Part shown: one piece after another, positions 1 through 12,780 of the stretch | How positions within the stretch are numbered: the stretch's first letter is position 1 | How the letters are laid out: each line of letters begins with the position of its first letter | DNA from: Cenococcum geophilum | Taxonomy: Eukaryota | Reading direction: 5' to 3' | Assembly: GCA_050273025.1 (NCBI GenBank) | Contig: CP158635.1 | Location: 13,640,001 to 13,704,000, forward strand | DNA length: 64,000 nucleotides | The notes under the pieces: generated by a model | Told to the model about the DNA's origin: nothing | What the model saw: only the letters and a program-made list of their open reading frames with translations | Databases searched by the model: none | Translations under genes and position numbers: made by a program

Positions 1-3000
1 ACCAACTTAGGGCCTTATACTTACTACCTAGAAATATTAGTACGCAGAAACCAACTAACACACTCCCTTTAGCTTTACCAAAAAGGGTATATTAAAAAAG
101 TACTACGGGAATTTAATATATGGGAGTATAAACTAGTTATAAACCCTATAAATATAAATAAACCAAAACCCTTTAAAGAAGGCTTTATAGCTATAAAAAT
201 AGACTAGAACTAGTACGCTAGGGCAATTAGGTTACTAATATACGTCATACTAGAGACTAGACCAGATATTATATACGTAGTATTAGTCTATAGCCGTTAT
301 ATAGCTAACCTAAAAAAAACCCTATATTAAAGCTATAAAACGCATCTTCTAATACCTTTAAGGCACTATTAACCTAGAGTTAACCTACTCTAGTTTTTTT
401 AGAAAAAGTAGTTAAATATATTAACCTAAACTAAGCGGGAGATATTATAACTAAACGCTCTACTATAGGGTATATCTTTAATATTAAAAGTAGAGCAATT
501 AGCTGGTTATTAAAAAGGCAGCCTATTATTACCCTATTATCCTATAAGGTAGAATATATAGGAGAAACATAGGCTACTAAGGAAGCCGTCTAGCTTAGAA
601 AATCTCCTATCAGAACTACTTAAGTTAGAAAAAGATCCTATAGCAACTATAATCTACGAAGATAATTAAGGAGCTATAGCCCTAGCTAAGAACCCCTAAT
701 TCCACTTTAGGATAAAGCATATCTTAATTTAACACTATTATATGCGAGAAAGACAGGCTAAAGGGGACGTAAACCTATCCCTTAACCCACCGGCGTCCAT
801 CTAGTAGATAGTCCGTGTAGAACACCAGAATTAAAACTACGCGTATAGCCTATATAGATTTAATTAATACATTACCATTAACTATGCCTTTATATTGTAC
901 TTCTAATAATATAGACCTTATTTAGCCGACTTAATATAATGTTTAACCAAATTAGGTAGCTAAAAAAACTACCCCTAAAGCTATAAGAACTGCCCAATTT
1001 TAAGCCTTTATATATTAACGATTTTAATAACTATAGCACCCCAAATTTACCTCCTACCCTTAATAGAGGCAATCCGTTTACTATATTTAGTTAATTCTTT
1101 ATAGATAAGATTATAGATAAGCTAGTAGAGTGGACAAATAAATACGTAGAGCTATACCTGTTAGACGGCGAAAGACTATAAGTACGCCTATGGCAGCCAA
1201 TATATAAGGATAAACTCTAGGCGTATTTTAGTGTGCTTATTTATATAGGCCTTACGCATAAATTGTCTATTAAGGACTACTAGGGCTCTTTAAACACTAC
1301 TAGCTTAGAGTATATTTTTAAAAAAAAGCCGGGTACAATTTAAACAGCTTAATTGCTACTTTTAGTGTATAGAACTATGGCTAGATAATAATTCTATACT
1401 ATAATCTATATTTAATAGAGTTAGTAAGCTTACTAAATACATTCGGCTTACCTATAGGAAGCTTTATAGCCCTAGCACGCACCTAACTATTAATAAGACG
1501 ATTAAACGCTTTATAGGCTGTGCTTCTAAAATAGTTAATATTTCTTTTAAATTAATGCCCAAAGGCTTTAAAATATAGGTCCTAGCAAACGAGGGCTATA
1601 TACTTAATTGGCTCTAGTATATAAGAGGTAATAAGGCAGGTCCAGTTAATCTAAATAAGATATTTATAGAGGAAGGCCTTTTAAAGACGTAGGCAGTAGT
1701 GCTTAATTTACTTACTTAGCGTAATATAGAGTTAAATAAGCCTCTCTATTCTCTAGGAAAGCACATTATTTAGCTTAATAATTTATTTATAAGCGTTAAG
1801 CTTCTTATATAACTTTAAGGGCTTAGTATTAGAGTAGAAACTATCCGGACTACTAAAACAAAGTAGAAAAAGAAGGGAGGAGAGGAGGGCAATATATTGG
1901 TAAATTTAGGGAGTAGAAAAAAGGTTAAAGTTACTGTAGAGCAAATTAACTATAGGCTCGCTAACCTTAAATTAACTTACGCAGCTTAAATAGAATGGGG
2001 TACACTATATATAACAACGTTAAAGGATGGCTAGGTTATGGAGTTTATATAGAAGGACGCTAATATAGTACTTTTTATAAGTATAATTAACAACGGTAAA
2101 TAATACACTAAAAAGCTTCTAAAAATAAGGCTTAAAATACTAATTTTGTTATATATCGCTAGGTTAATTAATGCAGGAAACTAACTGTAAACGTCCTCCT
2201 CTTACCTAAACTGGTGCCTAAATAACTCGCAAAGTCTTTAGCAATAAGGTAGTTAAGATTTTATATATTCCTACCTTTATATTCTACTACAATCTATATA
2301 TAGGTGGCGTGGATATTACTAATTAACTGTAGTTATATTTTAACACTTAGAGGTTATATAGGAAGATATAAAACCCTTTATTTTACTTTCTGCTAAATAT
2401 AGTCCTTAGTAACTCCTACCATCCTACTAATTATTAAGTAACTCATTAAGAAGGCCATAAACAATTTAGGAGAGACCTTCACGACGCCCTATTTAATTGC
2501 TTAATTTAAAAGTAGAAGCGAACTGTTAAAGACCCTACGCGGCGTTCTATAAATAATATTATATAGTATTTTACTAAGCTGTATATACTAGAGAAGCTTT
2601 AGTTAAAGTTAAAGAACTATTCTACCTGCATATAGGCTTAAAGATCGTCTTAGCAACATTACAAACGATTAAGGAAGCCTCTATTAAAGCTTTTACTAAA
2701 TACTATTTAAAAACCATAAGACAGTAAATACTAGAAGAGGCCTCGGCGAGCGCTAAGGACGCATTTTAGGTGTAAAATATATTAGATTCCGTTCTGCAGA
2801 AAGGACAAGTATTAGCTACCTTATATTAAGCGACTTAACTCTAAGGAATAAGCTATATAGATTATTTTATATAATATTTAGTAGATATTACCAGCCGCAT
2901 ATTCCTAAGCACGGCGATTTAATCCTATTAATCTAATTGGCTAAATCCTTATCGATAATAGATAGACGTAACTTAGCGGGTTAAGGGATAGTATATTTTA

Positions 3001-3738
3001 ACGGAAAAGTAGGTAGTAAATAGGCTCACTAAAGCCCTACTAAAAGATAAATTTATTGCCTTTAGAAACGTATTAGGGTTAAAAACGTATAAATATTAAG
3101 ATTAGTAAACGGACTAATTAAGATTTTCCATGCCGGGCATATAAAATCGCTATTAGCTCGATTAAAGGCAGTAACTATAATCGTATATTACGACATATAG
3201 AACCTTTATTACGGCGCTAGTGAAAACTAGTAGATATTAGTGGATTGTGGCAGACAATCGTAGACAGTTTTAGATAGTTTTAGATAATTGCCGTTATATA
3301 ACTAGAGGATTGTATATAATGTTAAGTGGCGCCGTCCTCCGTCCCCCTTCCTTTTTCTAGCTTTAGATCCTCGTTTAAAAGACTACCAATCGTATAGGCT
3401 TGCGCGTCCCTCTTGCCGTACTCGTGCCTTAATTGACTAAGTCGCTAATAACCTCCCTTATCACTCTTTCCATATTTTTCTTATAAGGAGTTTTAAGGTT
3501 TAATAAGGCCTAAAGGGGAAGTCCCCCTTTTTACGATTTATCTATCTATAGAATTTATATAAAGGATTAAGCGGAAGCTATCTATTCTTATACTATTAGT
3601 TTAAGCAAGAGTGTTAAAAGTCGGCCTTTTAGTGGCGTAAGGAGGCTAGTAAAGCCAGCCTCCTTAATATTATACTATATAGCCACTAGCCTTTTCCTAA
3701 ATAGATTAATTAAGTAATTAAAGCACTATATTTTAACA
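1..3738 (+). mobile_element. Ty1/Copia LTR retrotransposon, 3' part (RT end, RNase H, 3' UTR, 3' LTR 3612-3738); RIP-inactivated and interrupted by a piggyBac-like element
   Basis: De-RIPed motifs TRPDI.Y.VS, EAEY...ATKEAVWL, YEDNQGAIALAKNPQFH.RTKHI; the frame resumes after the insertion as QYIPTEKQVADGLTKAL. A Copia-type PPT (ttaagcaagag) precedes tgtt at 3612; the LTR ends ttttaaca at 3738. Confidence 0.85.
778..2988 (+). mobile_element. piggyBac-like DNA transposon with a RIPed transposase (~900-2830)
   Basis: Inverted ends tcccTTAAccc...gggTTAAggga. De-RIPed motifs FSQFFTD..VEWTNKYA, LTVDETIERFMGR..PSKPTPEGFKIWVLA, WLDNLFTS and YNLYMGGVD (DDE_Tnp_1_7 type). Confidence 0.85.
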
Positions 3739-3809
3739 TAGAACTTTTAAAGCCGTGTTAACTTATAAATAAAGGCGTTATTAAAAATAAGGACTAAGCG
3801 AAGCCCTAA

Positions 3810-3904
3810 TGTAACGGAATCCCTTAAAAGGTATATAGTAGTAGTAATTCTTTAATTAACGTCTGATATGGATCCTACTGGCCCACGCAGACTACTCCGT
3901 CACA
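3810..3904. repeat. Possible short LTR or LTR fragment
   Basis: TGTAACGGA...TCCGTCACA inverted termini; no matching TSD. Confidence 0.35.
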
Positions 3905-4599
3905 GGGGGAAAACTTATAATTTACATGAAGAAAACCCTGCAGTTGGGGGAAGGAAAAACCCTATAAGCCACCTCAGTAGGATAAAAAACCCCGAATTGC
4001 CATATTTGCACGTAGCAGCGGCCCTACGGGCCTACAGCACGTCCTCCTCCTTAGATGTTTTGAACTCCTTAGGAACTACTACTTCCTTCTCTAGCTTATT
4101 AAAGCTGGGGTTCACTACGTCCCAGTTAGGCCCTACTAATCAATTACTATGTCTTATTATCTTATTCCGTATCTTACCTATCCCCTATATGCTATCTCTT
4201 ATAGACTATTGCCATATACGCCTTACCTCCCCCCCCCCTAGAGCCATCGAAGGCGTAAGGGGGATTCATCCATTCTAGCCACCGTAATACTAATAAGCGA
4301 GCGGGATATATTGTGTATTTAGGTATCTTTTATACCTAGGCCCCAGCTAGGCCCTTTCTAAGGGCACTACTCCGTTAAAAGGAGATAGGGAAAACCGTAG
4401 GTTGCAATCTAGGCTGCTAGGTAGTATTCGGTAGTTGAAAACAGCGAGTAACCGCATGCTCCGCGGGCGATTGCCCTAGGGGTTAGAAGGGGCCGTATAT
4501 TTGCTTATTCGTTCATTTACTCCGCGTTCGCTCGTTCGTTAATATAAGAGGTCGTTAATGCTTTCTGTTAGGGGTTAGGGGATGCTATTAAATGCCATA

Positions 4600-4827
4600 C
4601 ATCCATGTTGGATTGTATAGGTGCCTTAGATAGGAGAATAATGTAGTAGTCGTCGTATTGTAGAGGGCCAACAGTAGTGGTTTTTAAGATCTCACCATCC
4701 GAAAACTTTTCACCACCGCCCTTAACGCCTACAACCACCACCAGGTCCTGTCCACACGCTATACAACGTCTCTGCGTTGGCTCTGGATCTGAACTTCAAA
4801 GACTAGGTTCGTAACCGTCACCGCGTA
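4600..4827 (+). promoter_or_regulatory. Weakly RIPed unique segment; probable displaced upstream region of the oxidoreductase gene
   Basis: Retains CpA/TpG (caccatccg, acaaccaccaccagg). Ends in ccgcg-TA at the first TE terminus; the TE stack ends in TA-ccccgcc at 35108, 99 nt before the ATG. Confidence 0.5.
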
Positions 4828-6435
4828 CAGGTGCAGAGTCCGATTTCGACGGCCTTAAAAGGTATATATTAGATAAGACAGTAGGAGGTTTTATCTATAT
4901 TCTATCTACGTCCTAAAAGACACAGTTAGATAGATAAGGGGCGAAGAGTTTTGCTAGCGTTTTAAAAGTATTATATAGGGAGCTAGTTCTCCTCTAGAGA
5001 AGAATTAGCAATTAGTCTTTAAATAAAAAAAGGTTAAAAAGCATTTACCCTTTATTACGTAAAGCTCGCTCTACCTAACTTATCTTCTACTTACCTATAA
5101 CTCTTATTCTATACTGTTAATTATATAATTATATATTCCGGTTAAACTGGCCTTTTATACCTAAATATAGCGAATAATAAAGAAGCACATACTCCTCTAT
5201 AAAGGCTTTAAATATCTTAGAGGTAATAGAGCCTTAAAAGATAAGGTAGCTTAAATATCTATTAACTATTAAGGCTAATAGAAGGCTCCATCTCTCTAAC
5301 CTTTTAAGTAGGCGTACTATACCACGTATAGTCCCTTTTAGCGACTAGCTGTACTTCCTATTACTAGTCCTCTTATTTGCTACTAACTTATTAGGAAATA
5401 TAATCTACTCTACTATTTAGCTTTTTTAGATACTAATTTAGACGTTATAAAGGAAAGCGCTAATTGCCTTCCGTAACTATTAAGCGCTCTTAAAAATATA
5501 GTAGATAGTTTAAATAGAGACTTAGGTATTAAATTCGTTAAATAGAAAAGCCTATATCTTATCTAGATACGCGGTAAGCTGATCTTTAAGGTAGTTAAGA
5601 AGCCTCTATATAAGTAGTTAGCAAAAATCTTAACACTATAACATTATCCCTTACTATTTCTTAGTATGGTAGTAGAGCTCTTAGTCGCCTAAGAATAATA
5701 GTAGGAGGCGCGTACGGTTTGCCCTAAATATTAAGGTTTAGTCACATCTTATAAACCGTCTTTTTAGCTACTTTTACTGCAGCTGCGGTAGCTGCTATAT
5801 CCTTATTGGCTTTAATTTAAATCCTAATTCTATAAACAACTTTATTAAAAAGGCGGCGACCTATATTAATCTTAATTGCGGTAGTTAAAATTAAAAGAAT
5901 TACCCCATGTAATAAAGCCTTATAGGAAATACTACGGTGGACTTATTAATGGGCTGGGTATATAGGTATAGAATAGTCAACAATATAAACATAACTGATA
6001 GAGTGGTTGCCTAATAGATTAACTCTAATTATATTCTAAGATTTACTATAAGGAGAGAAGAACTATCTAGGTAGGGACCGTGGTCCTTTAAATATATAAC
6101 CATACTCCTAAGAAATCCTCTTTATACGTAAGGTATGTCTTATATATAAGGTACATAGGTTCCTCTTATTCCTTTTGTTTAATACGTAGCACGTTATATA
6201 AAATTAGTTACTATTCCTCGTTATATGGTTCTATTGGCTCTATTTTAGACCGTACCTTAATTAACTAACTAGCTGCTTCTAACTCCTCTCCTAGTAGTTA
6301 TAATATTGTACTTAAAGCGTCCGTAATACTATTTCCCTCCTTTTTATCTTTGTCCTTAAAGACTTTTAATATCTTTAAGTTATTTACTAGAGGTATAATA
6401 TCCATCTAATTAGTTTGGTTAATATTATCGCTTTT

Positions 6436-9400
6436 ATACTTAAAGCTCCTTCTTTTTATACGCCTAACGTTATGCTTATACCGTTGCTGCAATATTATCA
6501 CTTAGTAAGATTATACTATCTCTGTGTTCTTGTTATATAAAAGAGGGGTTAGTCTATATTACGTTAGCGAGTCTATCCTCTTAATAACTGTCCTTTTACT
6601 TAGAGTGCACTAAAGCGAATATTTATTTGTCCTATAACGTTCGCTCTACTTCTAATGCTAAATATACGCGTTCTATTACTCTTAATAGTCGTCTAGTTCC
6701 GTAGTTAATTTGCCTTAGGGTCTTATATTTAATCTGCTGCTACTTATCTTAATGGCAAGTTATCTTAAGCTTTTACTAAATTAGAATACTTTTATAATGC
6801 GGAACAGAAAGCCCTAAATACTTATATTACGGTGTCTGCTTAATTACTTCGTCTTAAGAAGGTTTATAAGAAGGGTTATTTTAAGAAGTAAAAACTTATA
6901 AAATAAGGTTTAATGAACTGGATCTGAGGATAAAAGAATGAATATAAATCTATTAAATCTATCTATGACGAATATAGGCCTTTATATAGGCCTACACCTA
7001 TAAAGTCGTAAGTGATTGCTTATGGACGCCGTCCAGAAAGGAATCAAAGGGAATCTGCTTATGTAAGCAGGCAACGAACGTGGAGGACTCTTCCAGAACC
7101 ATTATTACACCCCCTAGTACTCCACCAAAATAGAAGCAGATCCTTCCTAAATTAGTATTAAACTTATTAATATACAAAAGAAACACCTTATAATCCTCCG
7201 AGTGTATTATAGGTCTTATTTAACCTCTCCCTAAGCTGTAATCGATTACTCGTTACGAGCTCTCTACATCGTTCCCGTCCCCCATTTAAAAGTCGTCAGC
7301 ATTAGTTAGAATCGTCAAATAGCGTACCCTCTAAGGTTTTACCGACCTGTGTATGATTTCCTACTTAGGTTTAGTATCTATGTCGCATTAAACGAGGCCT
7401 AGCTGCTTAATGAAGTTCCTAAACTAAGTCGTCAACAGTGGCTTCGTAAAACCATCTGCTACTATACTGCTTATAGGAACGTGCTATAGGTAGATTACAC
7501 CGCTTTGAACCTTATTACAAATGTAGTGCCAGTATAGCTTAAAGTGCTTAGTACGCGCGTGGTAGTTATCACTTTTAGCAAGACTAATAGCTGGTTAATT
7601 GTCGCCATATAAATGTATTGGTAATAGATCCTTTCCGGTATAGCCTAAATTAGTAAGTAATTAACGGAGCTATAAGGCTTCCTTGGCCGCATACGTCATC
7701 GCTATATACTTAGCCTCTATAGTAGAGGTCGTAAGAATTAACTGTTTACTTAACTTGTATGAAACTAGGCCACCCGCTAGCTTATAGATATAGCTAGAAG
7801 TTAACTTCCTATTAACTATATCCGCGAACGCTGCATCGCTATAGCCGTATAGCTGTAGGTCAGGTATATTATCTAGTGCGCTTCCGCCATACTCCCTATT
7901 GCAATTAGGCGTAGTATAGTCCGTAGCTAACGCCTCGGCGAAAGCTTTTGGAGGTGGCTACTGCCCTTAGGGTAAGCCGAACTCTATACCTAAGTTAATC
8001 GTCCCTATATAGTAGGCGAGTATCTACATCGCGGCATCCATATATAGTTTAGTAGGGTTATATAGGAACTGACAGAGCTTTCCTACGGCCTAGGCCACAT
8101 TAGGCCAAGTCTAATTTTATAGATATAGTAGAAAGCCTATTAGCGATTAATACTGTTTTACTAGCTCCTGCGGAGCTTAATCCTTAAGCTTACGTAGCTT
8201 AAAGTCTACCGCGGAGGGGTAAATTGGTGTAGAGGCCGGTGCGTAATCCTCTATATGGAATATATATAAGATCTTCCTAATATAGGCGTCCTGTACCAAT
8301 CGAATTAATCGCGCTTAGCGGTTCCGTATAATTTAAATACCTAGGTAGTACGCAATTAGGCCTAAGTCTTTTACTTTATACTTATTCCTAAGTGCTTCTT
8401 TAAGCAGTTTAATCGTCTGTATGTCTCGTCTAATTAAGATAAAATTGTCGACGTAGATGATAATAATTTGGCCGCTTTACTGGCTAACAAAGACGTATGG
8501 GTTAACTGGAATTGGCATATATTTAAGGGTAATAAGGAAGCTCTTAAGCTCCTTATACTAAAGATGTGGCGCCTACTTAAGACCGTAGAGAGCCTTAAGC
8601 AGTAGGCCTATAAGAGTAACGCCGTCCTTCTAATACTGGCGGTATCCTTCTGGCAGCTAAATGTAGATGTTCTTACAGTTAAGCTTCCCATTAAGGAAGG
8701 CCGTAATTACATCTAAGTGCTCGCACTCTAGATCGTACGCGGTAACTAAGGCTATTAGTAGCTTAAATGTACTTGGTCGAACGACGCCTACAAACGTGTC
8801 GCTATAGTTAATTTCTGGGCGCTGCTTATTACCGCGTAGTACCAGTCTTGCTTTCTATCTAAATAGGACGTTGTTTTTATTAAATTTGTATATAAAGACC
8901 TACTTAATAGGTAGAGCCTTAGCTCTAGGCGGAAGTTTAACGATCTTAAATAAGATATTCACTATTTAAGACTCCCATTCCTTATCCGCCGCAGCCTTCC
9001 ACTCCTTCTCGAATATTGAATTTATGGCTTCCTTCTAGTTTCGTAGCTCCGGAGGTAGTCCCTTAGTTATCCTTATCTACTAAGGCTGCGATAAAGTACT
9101 TATAAATGTGTAGGCGAAGGACGGGGTAAGGTAGGTAGCCTTTATGGCTAGCTCCTTCCTTCCAGTCCTATAGAGTACGCTATAGTTAAGCCATAGCTTT
9201 AACCGTGTACGAGTATTTGCTATAGGTTTATCGTCCTCTTCTAAATACTTAGTTAAAATCTGTTCCAGATCCTCCTAGTAGACGTCCCTTAGGGGAGTCT
9301 CTTCCTAACAGAGGTGTCCTCCTAGATTAGGTAGCTCTTGCTAGTCAAGGCCTACCTGTTCGTCGTTAGTAAGGGGAGGTCGATTAAGCTGCGGTATGAT

Positions 9401-12400
9401 ATTGTAATTGCCAGAGGCACCCCCCGATTAAGAGTTACCCCCCAACTACGAGGCCCGAGAGACTTTATCTGCCTTCTACAGTGACCGAGCAGCCTTACTT
9501 CCTTCCTGTAGTGACTAAGAGACCTTACTTCCTTCCTGCAGTAACTAAGAGACCTCTAGTGCAGTGTCTTCGGTAGGAAGTTCCTTAAATAGTATCTAGC
9601 AGATATCGTTGTTACCACCTTCTTCTTCACTAATTGGTGTAGTAAGAAAGGTTCCTAATTTATTAAAAGTGACGCTACTTAATCAAACGACCCTGTTCTT
9701 ATAAGGTAGATAAACGCGATATATATATAAACCTTTATAGCTAACTAATCGTCCTTTCTAAGCTCTTATAACGAACTTATTACCCTATTGCCGCTAAGGG
9801 TCTTTTTTATTAATATAAACGTAGGCGGGACAGCTATAGATCTTCTAGTTAGCGTACGTAATTATAAAATCAGTATTACCTAGGGCGAAAGCTATTGCTT
9901 AAGCGGGCGGAGCTTTGTCCTTATTAACTAATATAGGCAATATATTAAGCCCGTATACGGCTGCCTTGGCGACTTTAAGCTAGAGCTTTAGTAGTAATTA
10001 AGTCTTAATTAACATTACCCTAACCCTTTCTTTAACTAGGTAGTTGGCCTTCTCTGCTATTCTATTCTGGTGTGTAGTATACAGGGTAAAGGCCTCAGTA
10101 AGTATACCTTCATCCTTAAAGAAATCGGTTATGTCCTTACTAAACCACTTAGCAGCTCCATCTAATCGGAAGCAGCCAATCGTTATCCCTGTTTAAGTCT
10201 TAATTATATAGACGAACTGCTTTAAGGTAGAGGCCGCGGAGCCTCTATTTAATATATAGTAGATCCATCTAAAGCGTGTTTAGTTATTAGTAAATAGTAT
10301 CCAGTACTTCTTACCGTGAAGACCTTTATATTTTAATGGCCTAACCATATTAACATGCACCTTTTTAAATATGCGATTGCTACGTCGTTAAGGGCGTCTT
10401 AATATTTGCTTCTTAGCCTTTCTAAGGTAATAGTCCTTATAGTGAAATGGCTTATCCTTAGTAACTATAATCCCCTTTATATTTCTGGCGAGGAGACGTA
10501 TCTAATTAGAAGGAAGGTGTTATAGTCTCTTATACTAAGTCTCTATAGTAGCTTTGGCAAGCACGCCTTTCTTATAAAGGCGTAATTGTGCGGTAGCCAG
10601 AGCCATTGCGAAAGGAACCTTCGTAGGGTTGTCTACCAGTATAAACATATTAAGTCCGTTAATATATAGGATATAGGCTATTTCTGCCCAATCTTTAACG
10701 AAGTTAATCGTATTATAGAGACCGTTAAAGAACGCGCCCTTCCTACGTAGAATATTAAGCGAAACGACATTCGTAAAGAAGTTAGGATAGTGATATACTT
10801 CAGTAAATATAATTATATAGGCTAAGTGGTTAGTTCGGGCGACTATAAGCTTAACTAATCCAACGCCAATAGCCTTTATTAGACCTCCTCCTATCTAAAT
10901 TTAGAGAGGTTTAATTTCCTTATACTGCACGAACTTCCTAATATCATTGCCTATATAAATATTCGAGTAACTATCGGCTATCTAGGAGTCCTTAATATTC
11001 GTTCCTAAAGCTATAGCTGCTAGCCTAATAACCTATGTAGTAAAGATCGATCTAGTTGCCAAATTGGTAGCTTAAGAGGGGTAATTAGATGTCCCCCTAG
11101 AGGCCTTATTAGTAGTTATTAAGGCTCCTCCATTACCTAAGCGCGAAGGTCGTCTCTCTCCTGGTCTCCACTATTCGTGCCTTAGGTAGGCGTACTTCAT
11201 CCAGCAGCCCTCCTCGCCACCTAGATAACCTAGCTTATACCATCCACACTTATTTAAAGCATCCTTAGTAGGGCCTTAATTGCCTAATAAGGCACCGCGG
11301 CTGGCTCCCCCACCTCTGCCGTGACTATTACCGCGACTACAACTATTGCCGCGTCCTTAACCGGAGTTACCTAGTGGCCTATTAACTAAGGCGAAGGTCT
11401 TAGGTAAGTCCTTCCGCCAGGCCTCGTTAGTGAGGTCAGCGATTAATTAGGGTAGTGACATTGTGTAGCCGTCGCGAATCTTATCTTGTTGGATTTAAGC
11501 CTACATAGGGAAGTGTTCGTCGACGGCGTTAATAAATTAATAGTTAATAATCTTATTATCTAGGGCAAGCTTTACCTGCTTAACTCCTTAAACCGCTTCT
11601 TAGTAACAGCTTAAGAAAGTAGTAATTACTTAGTCTAATTAATAGCGGAGCTTAACGAAAGTCTTCTATATATTAGCCTTATAAATTAAGCCACGGGCCT
11701 TAAACGTCTGCTTAAGGTAATTAATGTAGTCCTTTGCTAACTGCTTGTGCTCTAAGGCAGTAAGGATCTCATTATTAATTATACCAAGGATAACTAAACA
11801 GACTTTGCCGTCTTCCTTATTGTACTATTTAAGCTCCTTATTATACTCGTTAAAGAGTGCCTTATTAGTTAAGCGAATTAAATCATTAGTATCCGCAATA
11901 ATTTAAAACCTCTTAAGGATCTCGTCTCACTCCTCCTTGCCGGCGTCCTTTAGTACTCAATCAATAGATATTGTAGGTTTTTCTTCCTGGAGCTTTAGGT
12001 AGAGTAGGGCCGCATCTTCTTAAATAATATGCAGAAGGCCCTCACCACGTAGGTACGTGCTAAGCTGGGTCCAATATTGGGGCTAATTTAAACCGTCTTT
12101 CTTAAGGCGTTGAATGCCTGGATAGTCTTTACCCATAGCGACGCGTAAATAAAAGGATTTAATGCGTAAATAAACGGATTTAACGCGTAAAAAGAAAACG
12201 ATTTTAACGCGTAAATTTAATAATAGGAAATAACTTTATGCGCAGGTGTGGTCACCTTTAATGCGGCCTTTAGTAAGGCGTTAAATGTAGAGCAGTAAGA
12301 TATGACCTAGCATGGGTATAGTAACCCTTGATGCAACCTATAGTAAGGTGTCAATCTTCTAATGTTGTAGCTTGGTAGCAACGAGTGCTTATAACCTAAT

Positions 12401-12780
12401 AAACTAGATCTAAGGATAAAAGAATGAATATAAATCTATTAAATCTATCTATAACGAATATAGGCCTTTATATAGGCCTATACCTACGGAGTTATAAGTA
12501 ATTGCTTACGGACGTCGTCCAGAAAGGAATTAAAGGGAATCTGCTTATGTAAGCAGGCAACGAACGTGGAGGACTCTTCCAGAACCATCGTTAAGGTTTG
12601 TAGGAACTTGGCGATAAAAAAACGGATTCTTTTTTATCCGAAAAGGAAATAGATTTAAGTAGTTCGGCAACTGCTCTTCTTAGGTCCCCCTTAAGTAACT
12701 TATTTTTTTTAGCGATTTTTCTTTATTAATACTACCTGACCTAATCTCTTTTGATACTTCTATACCTTTCTTATAGCGTT
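6436..12780 (+). pseudogene. Antisense accessory ORF of Gypsy B (Zn2Cys6-like plus coiled coil), split by the Copia at 6911-12593
   Basis: Homologous to 22910-23561, with the Cys pattern and intron position conserved after de-RIPing. Confidence 0.6.
6911..12593 (-). mobile_element. Full-length Ty1/Copia retrotransposon (LTRs 6911-7107 and 12397-12593; gag-PR-IN-RT-RH ~12136->7190), RIPed
   Basis: 197-bp LTRs; TSD aggtt/aggtt; PBS GGTTATAAGC; PPT ctagggggtg; minus-strand motifs HLDVITAFLNG, ALYGLKQAP and IIIYVDNF (RIPed YVDD). Confidence 0.95.

Noticed and set aside
3868..4278. 136-aa plus-strand ORF
   Set aside because: It begins within an LTR-like repeat, has RIP-biased composition and shows no recognisable domain.
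4568..4581. ttaggggttagggg telomere-like sequence
   Set aside because: Only two imperfect units; not an array.
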